Assembly: GCA_029883975.1 (NCBI GenBank)
Contig: JAOUIL010000004.1
Span: 7,812 to 71,811 of the forward strand
Length of the DNA: 64,000 nt
Source of the DNA: Betaproteobacteria bacterium
Lineage (GTDB): Bacteria; Pseudomonadota; Gammaproteobacteria; Burkholderiales; SG8-39
Reading direction: 5' to 3'
Part shown: positions 1 to 11,026 of the stretch, in pieces
Numbering within the stretch: position 1 is the first letter of the stretch
How the letters are laid out: each line of letters begins with the position of its first letter
Position numbers and translations under genes: made by a program
Notes under the pieces: generated by a model
Seen by the model: the letters and a program-made list of their open reading frames with translations, nothing else
What the model was told of the DNA's origin: nothing
Database searches by the model: none

Positions 1-1
1 C

Positions 2-55
2 GGCTGCATGGCGGCGCTCGACGCCGAGAAGTACCTCGACCGGCAGAGCGCCTGA
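2..55 (+). CDS. trxB: thioredoxin-disulfide reductase, C-terminal fragment (gene begins upstream of the window)
   Basis: The frame is open from the window edge and translates GCMAALDAEKYLDRQSA*, with TGA at 53-55. This resembles the conserved TrxB C-terminus. Only 17 codons are visible. Confidence 0.55.
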   Translation, partial: GCMAALDAEKYLDRQSA

Positions 56-64
56 GGCCGGCCG

Positions 65-2593
<2,529 letters not shown>

Positions 2594-2616
2594 CGCGGCA
2601 ATTCTATAATGCGGCC

Positions 2617-3738
2617 ATGGCGACGAACGATTCCCTGCGCGTCGCCGAGTCGCTCGCCGGCGTGCCCGCGGCCGACTGGAACGCCCTCGCCGGCGCCAAT
2701 CCCTTCGTGCGGCACGCGTTCCTCGACGCGCTGCTGGACACCGGCTGCGCCAGCGCGCGCACCGGCTGGCAGCCGCAGTTCCTGCTGCTGGAGCGCGCCG
2801 GGCGGCTCGCCGGCGCGATGCCGCTGTTCGTCAAGACGCACTCGCGCGGCGAGTACGTGTTCGACTGGGCCTGGGCCGACGCCTACGAGCGGCACGGCCT
2901 CGCCTACTACCCGAAGCTGATCGGCGCCGTGCCGTTCACGCCAGTGCGCGGCCCGCGCCTGCTGGCCGCGGATGAGAGCGCGTGCGAGACTTTGGCGCGC
3001 GCCGCGCTCGCCGCGGCGCGCGAGTTCTCCTCGCTGCACGTACTGTTCGCGCCCGACGCGCAGGCGCGCGCGCTCGAGGCACAGGGCATGATGCTGCGCC
3101 GCACGGTGCAGTTCCACTGGCAGAACGCCGGCTACGCCGACTTCGAGGCGTTCCTGGCGCGCATGTCGCACCAGCGGCGCAAGAACATCCGCCAGGAGCG
3201 CCGGCGCGTGCGCGCGGCGGGCGTGCACTTGCGCTGGCTGCGCGGCGCCGAGGTCGAGGAGCGCGACTGGCAGTTCTTCCACCGTTGCTACGCGAGCACT
3301 TACGCCGCGCACGGCCAGCGCCCATACCTCAGCCTGGAGTTCTTCCTGCGCATCGGCGCGACGATGCCGGAGCACCTGCTGCTGGTGGTCGCCGAGCGCG
3401 GCGGCGCGCCGATCGCGGCGGCGCTCGACATGATCGGGGGCGACACGCTCTACGGCCGCTACTGGGGAGCGCTGGAGCACGTGCCCCTGCTGCACTTCGA
3501 GGCCTGCTACTACCAGGCGATCGAGTACGCCATCGCGCAGGGACTGGCGCGCTTCGAGGGCGGCGCGCAGGGCGAGCACAAGCTGTTCCGCGGGCTGCTG
3601 CCGGTGGAGACGCTGTCGGCGCACTGGCTGGCGCACCCGCGCTTCGCGCAGGCGGTCGAGGACTACCTGACGCGCGAGGCGCAGGGCATCGCGCGCTACG
3701 TGAACGAGCTAAACGAGCACACGCCCTTCAAAGTATGA
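2617..3738 (+). CDS. FemAB-like / BioF2-like GNAT-fold protein (DUF482 family)
   Basis: 373 aa. The whole length has the character of the DUF482 family (YYPKLIGAVPFTPVRGPRLL ... HFEACYYQAIEYAI ... RFEGGAQGEHK). Confidence 0.8.
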   Translation: MATNDSLRVAESLAGVPAADWNALAGANPFVRHAFLDALLDTGCASARTGWQPQFLLLERAGRLAGAMPLFVKTHSRGEYVFDWAWADAYERHGLAYYPKLIGAVPFTPVRGPRLLAADESACETLARAALAAAREFSSLHVLFAPDAQARALEAQGMMLRRTVQFHWQNAGYADFEAFLARMSHQRRKNIRQERRRVRAAGVHLRWLRGAEVEERDWQFFHRCYASTYAAHGQRPYLSLEFFLRIGATMPEHLLLVVAERGGAPIAAALDMIGGDTLYGRYWGALEHVPLLHFEACYYQAIEYAIAQGLARFEGGAQGEHKLFRGLLPVETLSAHWLAHPRFAQAVEDYLTREAQGIARYVNELNEHTPFKV

Positions 3739-3760
3739 TGACCGCGAGGGAGGGAACGAC

Positions 3761-4507
3761 ATGAGGCTCAAGGACAAGGTGGCGCTCGTCACGGGCGCGG
3801 GATCGGGTTTCGGCGCGGGCATCGCGCGGCGCTTCGCCGAGGAAGGCGCGCGGCTGATCGTCAACGACATCAACGCCGAGGGCGGCACGCGCATCGCCAA
3901 GGAGGTGGGTGGCGAGTTCGTGCAGGCAGACGTCTCGAAGGGCGCCGACTGGGCGAAGCTGGTCGGCGCGGCCACCGGCAGGTTCGGCCGGCTCGACGTC
4001 GTCGTCAACAACGCCGGCTGGACCCATCGGCGCAAGCCGTACCTGGAGGTCAGCGAAGCCGAGTTCGACAAGGTGTACGCCATCAACGTGAAGAGCATCT
4101 ACCTGTCCGCGCTGCACGCGCTGCCGGCGATGAAGAAGCAGGGCGGCGGCTGCTTCGTCAACATCGCCTCCACCGCCGGGCTGCGTCCCCGCCCCGGCCT
4201 GACCGTGTACAACAGCTCCAAGGGCGCGGTCATCCTGATGTCCAAGTCCATGGCCGCGGAATTCGGCCCGGACAAGGTGCGGGTGAACTGCGTGAATCCC
4301 GTGTTCAGCCCCGAGACGGCGTTGTCGGCCGATTTCGCCGGCGGCGCGGTGACCGAGGAAGCCAAGAAGGCGTTTCTCGCCACGATTCCGCTGGGACGCT
4401 TCTCCACGCCGCTCGACGTGGCCAATGCCTGCCTGTACCTCGCCTCGGACGAGGCGGCGATGATCTCGGGGAGCTGTATCGAGGTCGACGGCGCGCGCTG
4501 CGTGTGA
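3761..4507 (+). CDS. SDR family oxidoreductase (3-oxoacyl-ACP reductase-like)
   Basis: 248 aa with the TGAGSGFG Rossmann motif, NNAG, and catalytic Y-x3-K (YNSSK). An SD (GGGAGGG) lies upstream. Confidence 0.9.
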   Translation: MRLKDKVALVTGAGSGFGAGIARRFAEEGARLIVNDINAEGGTRIAKEVGGEFVQADVSKGADWAKLVGAATGRFGRLDVVVNNAGWTHRRKPYLEVSEAEFDKVYAINVKSIYLSALHALPAMKKQGGGCFVNIASTAGLRPRPGLTVYNSSKGAVILMSKSMAAEFGPDKVRVNCVNPVFSPETALSADFAGGAVTEEAKKAFLATIPLGRFSTPLDVANACLYLASDEAAMISGSCIEVDGARCV

Positions 4508-4517
4508 GAACCACGAT

Positions 4518-4552
4518 GCGCTGCTGCGCAGGAAAGACGTGCGCGGCAGCGC
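4518..4552. terminator. convergent-gene hairpin between the SDR gene and rhlE
   Basis: GCGCTGCTGCGCA (4518-4530) pairs with TGCGCGGCAGCGC (4540-4552): 13 bp including one G-U pair, with a 9-nt loop. The flanking T-tracts are weak. Confidence 0.4.
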
Positions 4553-4571
4553 CCTACTTTCAGAAAGGGCT

Positions 4572-5978
4572 CTAGGCCCTCTTCAGACCGCCCAGCAGGG
4601 CCGCGACCTGCGGCCGGCGGCGCTTGGACTGCTGGGAAGATTCCTCGGCTTTTGGCGCAGCCGCGGCAGGCGCCGCGCTGGGTTCGTAGGGCTTGGAGAA
4701 GATGGGATCGCCCTGCGGACGCTGCGGCCTGGGCGCCGCCGGCCGCGGCGCCGTAGCACGCGGCGCCTCGCCGCGGCGCGACGCAGGACGCGACTCCCTG
4801 CCCATCAGCGTCGCCGCCGTGCCGCCGTCGGGCTGGAACCCCGGCACCAGCACGCGATCGATCTTCTTCTTGATCAGGCGCTCGATCGCGGCGAGCGCCT
4901 CCATGTCCGGGGGCGCCACCAGCGAGATCGCCTCGCCCGTCAAGCCGGCGCGGCCGGTGCGACCGATGCGGTGCACGTAGTCCTCGGGCGAGTGCGGGAT
5001 GTCGAAGTTGATCACCTGCGGCAGCCCTTCGATGTCCAGGCCGCGCGAGGCGACGTCGGTCGCCACCAGCACGGTGGACTTGCCGGCCTTGAAGTTCTCC
5101 AGCGCCACCAGGCGCTCGGCCTGCGACTTGTCGCCGTGGATGGCGTCGGCGTGGATGCGATCCTTGCGCAGCTGGTGCGCCAGGCGATTCGCGCCGATGC
5201 GCGTGCCGCAGAACACCAGCACCTGCTGCAGATTGCGCGTCTGGACCAGGTAAGAGAGCAGCTCGCGCTTCTTCTCGCGTGCTACCGGGTGCACCACGTG
5301 CGTGACGAGGTCGGCCACCGCGTTGCGCGCCGCGATCTGCACCTCCGCCGGATTGCGCAGCAGCGACTTCACCAGGGTGCGGATCTCGTCGGGAAATGTG
5401 GCGGAGAACAGCAGGTTCTGCCGCTCCTTGGGCAGCAGCGCGATGATGCGCCGGATGTCAGGCAGGAAGCCCATGTCCAGCATGCGGTCGGCTTCGTCGA
5501 GCGTCAGGATGCCGACCTGGTTGAGCATCACCGTCTTGCTCTGCACATGGTCGAGCAGCCGCCCCGGCGTCGCCACCAGGACCTCGACGCCGCGGCGCAG
5601 CTCGCGGATCTGCGCGTCCATGTCGGCGCCGCCGTAGACCACGGCGCTTCTCAGCGGCAGGTGCTTGCCGTACTCCTTGAAGCTCTGCTCGACCTGGATC
5701 GCCAGCTCGCGCGTCGGCGTCAGCACCAGCACGCGCACCGGGTGCCGCGCGGGAGAGGCGCTGGTGCTGGCCTGCGGCGCGAGGCGCTGCAGGATCGGCA
5801 ACGCGAAGGCCGCGGTCTTGCCGGTTCCCGTCTGCGCGCCCGCCATGAGGTCGCGCCCCGCGAGCACCAGCGGGATCGCCTGCTCCTGCACGGGCGTGGG
5901 TTGCTCGTAACCGAGTTCGCGGACCGCCTGGGCGAGCGGCGGGATGAGGCCGAGCTGATCGAAGGAAGAACTTGCCAA
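4572..5978 (-). CDS. rhlE: DEAD-box ATP-dependent RNA helicase (RhlE-like)
   Basis: 468 aa with motifs AQTGTGKT, PTRELA, DEAD (LDEADRM), SAT and HRIGRTGRAG, plus a basic low-complexity tail. The start codon is TTG, with no SD. Confidence 0.93.
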   Translation of the reverse strand: MASSSFDQLGLIPPLAQAVRELGYEQPTPVQEQAIPLVLAGRDLMAGAQTGTGKTAAFALPILQRLAPQASTSASPARHPVRVLVLTPTRELAIQVEQSFKEYGKHLPLRSAVVYGGADMDAQIRELRRGVEVLVATPGRLLDHVQSKTVMLNQVGILTLDEADRMLDMGFLPDIRRIIALLPKERQNLLFSATFPDEIRTLVKSLLRNPAEVQIAARNAVADLVTHVVHPVAREKKRELLSYLVQTRNLQQVLVFCGTRIGANRLAHQLRKDRIHADAIHGDKSQAERLVALENFKAGKSTVLVATDVASRGLDIEGLPQVINFDIPHSPEDYVHRIGRTGRAGLTGEAISLVAPPDMEALAAIERLIKKKIDRVLVPGFQPDGGTAATLMGRESRPASRRGEAPRATAPRPAAPRPQRPQGDPIFSKPYEPSAAPAAAAPKAEESSQQSKRRRPQVAALLGGLKRA

Positions 5979-6006
5979 GGACGCGAATTATACTCCGTTC
6001 TCCCGC

Positions 6007-7911
6007 ATGATTCTGCTGCGCAATCTCGCCGTTTCCCGGGGGCCGCACGAGCTCTTCTCGGGCGTGTCGCTGACCATCGAGCGCGGCTGGCGCGTGGGCC
6101 TGGTGGGTGCCAACGGCAGCGGCAAGTCGAGCCTGCTCGCGCTGCTCGCCGGCGAGCTCGCGTCCGACGCGGGCGACTGCGAGATCCAGCCCGGCACGCG
6201 GCTGGCGCGCGTCGAGCAGGAAGCGCCGGCGCTCGAGCGCATCGTCCTCGATTACCTCCTCGACGCGGACCGCGAGCTGCGCGCGGCGCAAGGCGAGATC
6301 GCGGCGGCCGAGGCGAGCGGCGACGGCGAGGCGATCGCGCACGCGCACGAGCGTCATGCACATGCCGGCGGCTACACGGCGGCGGCGCGCGCGCAGGCGC
6401 TGCTCGCGGGCCTGGGTTTCGCGCCGGGAGACGCCGCGCGCGCGGTGCGCGAGTTCTCCGGCGGCTATCGCATGCGCCTGAACCTGGCGCGCGCGCTGAT
6501 CGCGCCCTCCGACCTGCTGCTGCTAGACGAGCCCACCAACCACCTCGACCTCGACACCATCCTCTGGCTCGAGGGCTGGCTGCGGGCGTACGAGGGCACG
6601 ATCATCGTCGTGTCACATGACCGGGATTTCCTCGACCGGGTGTGCGATCGCACGCTCGCCATCCTACCGGGGGGCGTGGTACGCCTGTACGACGGCGGCT
6701 ACTCGCGCTTCGAGCAGGCGCGCGCCGTCGAGCTCGAGCAGCAGTACGCCGCGGCCGCGCGGCAGGACCGCGAGATCCGCCGCATCACCGCCTTCGTGGA
6801 GCGCTTCCGCGCCAAGGCCACCAAGGCGCGCCAGGCGCAGAGCCGGCTGAAGCGGCTGGAGCGCATGGCGCGCGTCGCGCCGGTGGTTGCGGCGGACGCC
6901 TACCACTTTCAGTTCGAGGAGCCCGAGCGCCAGCCCGAGCGCATCGTGGCACTGCACGACGTCGCCGCGGGCTACGACGGCCGCCCGGTCCTGTCCGGGG
7001 TGGAGCTCGCCCTCACCAGCGCCGACCGCGTCGCGGTGATCGGCGCCAACGGCAACGGCAAGACCACGCTGATCAAGCTGCTGGCCGGCGAGCTCGCCCC
7101 GCTCGCGGGCGAGCGCATCGAGGCGCGCGACCTGGTCATCGGCTACTTCGCGCAGCATCAGGTCGAGCTGCTGCGCGCCGACGAAACCCCGCTCGCCATG
7201 ATGACGCGCCTTTATCGTGGCGAGCGCGAGCAGGCGCTGCGCGACTTCCTCGGGCGCTTCGGCTTCGCCGGCGAGCGCGCCGAGCGGCCGATCGGGCCGC
7301 TGTCGGGCGGCGAGAAATCGCGCCTCGCGCTGGCGGCGCTCATCAAGCGCCGGCCCAACCTGCTGCTGCTCGACGAGCCCACCAATCACCTCGACCTGGA
7401 GATGCGGCGCTCGCTCGCCATCGCGCTGCAGAGCTACTCCGGGGCGCTGGTGATCGTTTCGCACGACCGGAGCCTGCTGGCCGCCTGCGCCGACCGCATC
7501 CTGGTGGTGGCCGACGGCCGCGTGCGCGAGTTCGACGGCGACCTGGACGACTACCGGCAGCTGCGGCTGAAGGAAGGACGCGCCGTCCGCGAGGCGGCGC
7601 CGCGCTCCTCGCGCAAGGACGAGCGCCGCGCCGAGGCCGAGGCGCGCGCCGGCCTCAAGCAGCGGTTGCGGCCGCTGGAGAAGCAGCTCGCCGCGATCGA
7701 GGCGCAGCTCGCGACGCTGGCGAAGGAGATCGGGTCGATCCGCAGCGCGCTCGCCGATCCGGCGCTGTACGCGAACCCGGACAAGGACAAGGTGGCGGAA
7801 CTGTCGAAGGCGGAGGCGCGGCTTGCCGAGGCGCTGGCGCACGCCGAGGAGGACTGGCTGCACGCCTCGGCGCGCCTCGAGGCGCTGCGCGCGGAGGACC
7901 CGGCTAGTTGA
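6007..7911 (+). CDS. ABC-F family ATPase (no transmembrane domain)
   Basis: 634 aa with two nucleotide-binding domains (Walker A GANGSGKS and GANGNGKT; signatures FSGGYRMR and LSGGEKSR), an inter-domain linker, and a C-terminal coiled-coil tail. Confidence 0.92.
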   Translation: MILLRNLAVSRGPHELFSGVSLTIERGWRVGLVGANGSGKSSLLALLAGELASDAGDCEIQPGTRLARVEQEAPALERIVLDYLLDADRELRAAQGEIAAAEASGDGEAIAHAHERHAHAGGYTAAARAQALLAGLGFAPGDAARAVREFSGGYRMRLNLARALIAPSDLLLLDEPTNHLDLDTILWLEGWLRAYEGTIIVVSHDRDFLDRVCDRTLAILPGGVVRLYDGGYSRFEQARAVELEQQYAAAARQDREIRRITAFVERFRAKATKARQAQSRLKRLERMARVAPVVAADAYHFQFEEPERQPERIVALHDVAAGYDGRPVLSGVELALTSADRVAVIGANGNGKTTLIKLLAGELAPLAGERIEARDLVIGYFAQHQVELLRADETPLAMMTRLYRGEREQALRDFLGRFGFAGERAERPIGPLSGGEKSRLALAALIKRRPNLLLLDEPTNHLDLEMRRSLAIALQSYSGALVIVSHDRSLLAACADRILVVADGRVREFDGDLDDYRQLRLKEGRAVREAAPRSSRKDERRAEAEARAGLKQRLRPLEKQLAAIEAQLATLAKEIGSIRSALADPALYANPDKDKVAELSKAEARLAEALAHAEEDWLHASARLEALRAEDPAS

Positions 7912-8455
7912 TCGTGCGTCCGGCGCGCGGCTCTTCGGCCGGCGGCGCCTCGGCGCCGGGCAGCTTGAGCTCCAGGTCCCAGCCGCTTTTCTTCACCGCC
8001 GCCTGCAGCAGGCGGCAGAGCGAATGCAGGAGCACCGAATCGAGCGTCAGGGTGATGCCCTGCCCGCTCGCCGGGTGCAGGGCGAGCACCGGCCGGCCTT
8101 TGCGGTCGTGGCCCGTCTGGATGCGACCGAGGAGCAGCGGCTCCTCGCCGAGCGGCGTGCTGCGCGATCCCTTGTCGTAGGCCTTGCTGAAATCCGCCTT
8201 GCTCACTGCCTGCTCGTGCTCGATGCCGAGCAGCGCCTTGCGCGCCTCGGGATTGGCCTGCGTGCGGATGCGCGGGCTCGCCTCCTCGGCGAGCTTGACC
8301 AGCAGCGGCCAGAGCAGCTTCACGTAGCGGCGCGTGAGCCACAGCCGCAGCTCGACGCCGTCGCTCGCTGCGATCAGCATCAGCAGTCGGTCCTGCTCGG
8401 CACTGTAGTCGACCTTGAGCTGCTGCAGCTTCACCGGTGCATGATAGCAATCCAT
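7904..8455 (-). CDS. hypothetical protein
   Basis: 183 aa from ATG 8455 (191 aa from GTG 8479). Third-position GC bias is good but I recognise no family. Its 3' end overlaps the ABC-F gene by 8 nt. Confidence 0.5.
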   Translation of the reverse strand: MDCYHAPVKLQQLKVDYSAEQDRLLMLIAASDGVELRLWLTRRYVKLLWPLLVKLAEEASPRIRTQANPEARKALLGIEHEQAVSKADFSKAYDKGSRSTPLGEEPLLLGRIQTGHDRKGRPVLALHPASGQGITLTLDSVLLHSLCRLLQAAVKKSGWDLELKLPGAEAPPAEEPRAGRTIN

Positions 8456-8918
8456 GAGCGAACTCCGCCCGGCGCGCACGGGCGCCGATCTCGACGCAGT
8501 GCGCGCGCTGTTCCGCGAATACCAGGCCTGGGTCGCGGAGCCCTGCTGCTTCGCGGGCTTCGAGCGCGAACTGGCTGAATTGCCGGGGGAATACGGACCT
8601 CCGGGGGGCCTGCTGCTGCTCGCGCACGAGGACGGAGCGCCGGCCGGTTGCGCCGCGTTGCGCCGGCTGGAAGACGGTGCGGCGGAAATGAAGCGGCTCT
8701 ACGTGCGCCCGGCGTATCGCGGCCGCGGCCTTGGGCAACGGCTCGTCGAAGCGGTCATCGCCGCGGCGCGCGCCGGCGGCTGCGGCGTGCTGCGCCTCGA
8801 TTCCCTGCCGAAGATGACCTCCGCGCTGGCGCTTTACGCCGCGCTCGGCTTTGCGCCGCGCGGACCTTACGCCCCTCAGCCGACGCCCGGCGCGCGGTTC
8901 TTCGAGCTGCGCCTTTAG
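8454..8918 (+). CDS. GNAT family N-acetyltransferase
   Basis: 154 aa with the acetyl-CoA binding motif (RPAYRGRGLGQRLVEAVI) and a typical GNAT length. Confidence 0.85.
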   Translation: MSELRPARTGADLDAVRALFREYQAWVAEPCCFAGFERELAELPGEYGPPGGLLLLAHEDGAPAGCAALRRLEDGAAEMKRLYVRPAYRGRGLGQRLVEAVIAAARAGGCGVLRLDSLPKMTSALALYAALGFAPRGPYAPQPTPGARFFELRL

Positions 8919-9420
8919 CGAGCGCGCCCACGCGCGCCAGCAGCGCCGTCGTCGAGCGCTGGTGCTCGAAGGGGATGGCGTGCACGGCGCCACCGCGCGC
9001 CAGCACCCCGGCAGCGCCGACGATGCGCTCCACGGGCCAGTCGCCCCCCTTCACCAGCACCTCCGGGCGGCAAGCTTCGATCAGGCGCGCGGGGGTGTCC
9101 TCGTCGAACCACGTCACGGCGTCCACCGATTCGAGCGACGCGATCAGGGCCATGCGGTCCTCGAGCCCGTTCACCGGCCGGCCGGGCCCCTTGCCCAGGC
9201 GCCGCGCCGAAGCGTCGCCGTTCAGCGCGACGAGCAGCGACGCGCCCAGCGCGCGCGCGCGGGCGAGATAAGTGACGTGGCCGCGATGCAGCAGGTCGAA
9301 CACGCCGTTGGTGAACACGAGCGGCCGCGGGGCATTCGCCGCCCAGCGCAGCGCGTCTTGCGGCCGGAGGATCTTGCGCTCGAACGCGGGCGCGCCGGTC
9401 GCTACTTGGGCGGCCGGCAC
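8755..9420 (-). CDS. D-glycero-beta-D-manno-heptose 1-phosphate adenylyltransferase (RfaE/HldE domain II-like)
   Basis: Cytidylyltransferase motif FTNGVFDLLHRGHVTYL, and ...VLVKGGDW...FEHQRSTTALLARV. The start is a tentative GTG at 9420. The frame stays open about 55 codons past the usual C-terminus. Confidence 0.7.
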   Translation of the reverse strand: MPAAQVATGAPAFERKILRPQDALRWAANAPRPLVFTNGVFDLLHRGHVTYLARARALGASLLVALNGDASARRLGKGPGRPVNGLEDRMALIASLESVDAVTWFDEDTPARLIEACRPEVLVKGGDWPVERIVGAAGVLARGGAVHAIPFEHQRSTTALLARVGALAKGAARRTARRASAEGRKVRAAQSRARRKAPARRSSSAGNRGAARRSRRRAPRR

Positions 9421-10007
9421 AGCTCGTCGCTGGGCGTGCAGTACTCGAACACCTTGACCACCTTGCGCACGCCGCTGGTGGTGCGCGCGATCTCCACGGC
9501 GGCGGCGGCTTCCTGCTCGGTGACGACGCCAAGCAGGTAGACGACCGCCGCCTCGGTCACCACCTTGACGTGGAACAGGTTGAATTTGTTGGCGTCCGCG
9601 AAGCGCGTCTTCACGGCGGAGGTGATCAGCGCGTCGTTGGAGCGCGAGGTGGTCGACGATACGCCGGCGATCTGCACGTCGTTCACCACGCCGGCGACGT
9701 TGGGCACGCCGCGCGCCAAGGCCTCGACGTCGGCGCGCGTCTTCTCGTCGCCCACCTCGCCCGTCAGCAGCAGGTGGCGACTGAAGACGGTCACGTTGAC
9801 GTGCACGCGGTCGCCGTAGCGGTCGTCGATGCGGTTCGACGCGCGCAGCTGGATGCCGCGGTCCTCCATCTGCGTGGCGGTGGTGCGCCGGTCCTCGGCC
9901 GTGGCCACGGCCACGCCGGCGCCGCCGATGATCGCCATCTCCACGCATCCCTGCAGCAGCGGCAGCGCCAACGCGGCGGCCGCAACTGCGCTTCTCCAGG
10001 AAGTCAT
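9402..10007 (-). CDS. BON-domain lipoprotein (DolP/YraP-like)
   Basis: 201 aa with a lipobox signal peptide (ALPLLQGC) and two BON-like repeats. The ATG shares a 4-nt ATGA overlap with the upstream SIS gene stop. Confidence 0.85.
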   Translation of the reverse strand: MTSWRSAVAAAALALPLLQGCVEMAIIGGAGVAVATAEDRRTTATQMEDRGIQLRASNRIDDRYGDRVHVNVTVFSRHLLLTGEVGDEKTRADVEALARGVPNVAGVVNDVQIAGVSSTTSRSNDALITSAVKTRFADANKFNLFHVKVVTEAAVVYLLGVVTEQEAAAAVEIARTTSGVRKVVKVFEYCTPSDELCRPPK

Positions 10008-10618
10008 GAGTTCGCTCCGAACAACTGCAAGTCGATGCCGTCGCACAGGCAGTGCAGCACGAGCAGGTGCACCTCCTGGATGCGCATGGTGCGCTCGTGC
10101 GGCACGCAGATGTGCACGTCGTCCGCGCCGAGCGCCTCGCCGGTCTTGCCGCCGCCGCGCCCGGTCAGCGCGACCGTGCGCAGCCGCAACTCGCGCGCGG
10201 CACGCACCGCGGCGACGACGCTGGGCGAATTGCCGGAGGTCGAGATGGCGAGCAGCACGTCCCCCGGGCGGCCGAGCGCGCGCAACTGCTTCTCGAACAC
10301 CTGGTCGTAGCTGTAGTCGTTGGCGATCGAGGTCAGATTGGAAGTGTCGGCCGCCAGCGACAGAGCGGCGAGTGGCGGCCGCTCGCGCTCGAAGCGATTC
10401 ACCAGCTCGGCGGCGAAGTGCTGCGCGTCGGCCGCCGAGCCGCCGTTGCCGCAGGCCAGCACCTTGCCACCCGCGCGCAGCGACGCGCTCATCGCTTCCA
10501 CCGCGCGCGCGATCGGACCGGCGAGCGGCTGCGCGGCTGCGACCTTGAGCCTGGCGCTGTCGGCGAAGTGCGCGGCGATGCGTTCGGCGAGCGCGGCGTT
10601 CTGATCGGCGTGCCCCAT
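10004..10618 (-). CDS. SIS-domain protein (phosphoheptose isomerase GmhA / DiaA family)
   Basis: 204 aa with GNGGSAADAQHFAAEL and LLAISTSGNS motifs. Its position in a yraN-SIS-BON cluster matches the E. coli yraN-diaA-dolP arrangement. Confidence 0.9.
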   Translation of the reverse strand: MGHADQNAALAERIAAHFADSARLKVAAAQPLAGPIARAVEAMSASLRAGGKVLACGNGGSAADAQHFAAELVNRFERERPPLAALSLAADTSNLTSIANDYSYDQVFEKQLRALGRPGDVLLAISTSGNSPSVVAAVRAARELRLRTVALTGRGGGKTGEALGADDVHICVPHERTMRIQEVHLLVLHCLCDGIDLQLFGANS

Positions 10619-10647
10619 GCCCGCAGGATTCTACACGCTGGGCGCGC

Positions 10648-10989
10648 CTATTCGCCGAAGGCGTCCCGGATCCAGTGGATGCGCGCGGGCGCAAGCGCGT
10701 CGAGCAGCAGTACGTCGAAGCGGCAGCTCGCGTCCGGCCGCCCGGCGAGGTAGAGCCGCGCGGCGGCGAGCAGGCGCGCGCGCTTGGCGGCGGTCACGCT
10801 CTCGGCCGCCCCGCCGTAGGCGGCGTCGTGTCGCAGCCGCACCTCGGCGAACACCAGCGTTCCACCCTCCTCGGCCACGAGGTCGATCTCGCCGTGCCTG
10901 CAGCGCCAGTTGCGCGCCAGGATGCGCAGCCCCGCGCGGCGCATCAGCTCCGCGCACAGGTCTTCGGCTCGCGCGCCCGCCGGGTTCAT
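10648..10989 (-). CDS. yraN: YraN family (UPF0102) endonuclease-like protein
   Basis: 113 aa from ATG 10989, with the motif RHGEIDLVAEEGGTLVFAEVR. Confidence 0.85.
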   Translation of the reverse strand: MNPAGARAEDLCAELMRRAGLRILARNWRCRHGEIDLVAEEGGTLVFAEVRLRHDAAYGGAAESVTAAKRARLLAAARLYLAGRPDASCRFDVLLLDALAPARIHWIRDAFGE

Positions 10990-11026
10990 GGCACCCTTAA
11001 CGCTGCTGCCCCGCAGTGCGTTGACC

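Noticed and set aside
4539-6620. 693-aa plus-strand ORF spanning the rhlE region and the start of the ABC-F gene
   Set aside because: It is antisense to rhlE and out of frame with the ABC-F gene. It is Arg-rich and low in complexity, and the DEAD-box and ABC-F frames explain the region completely.
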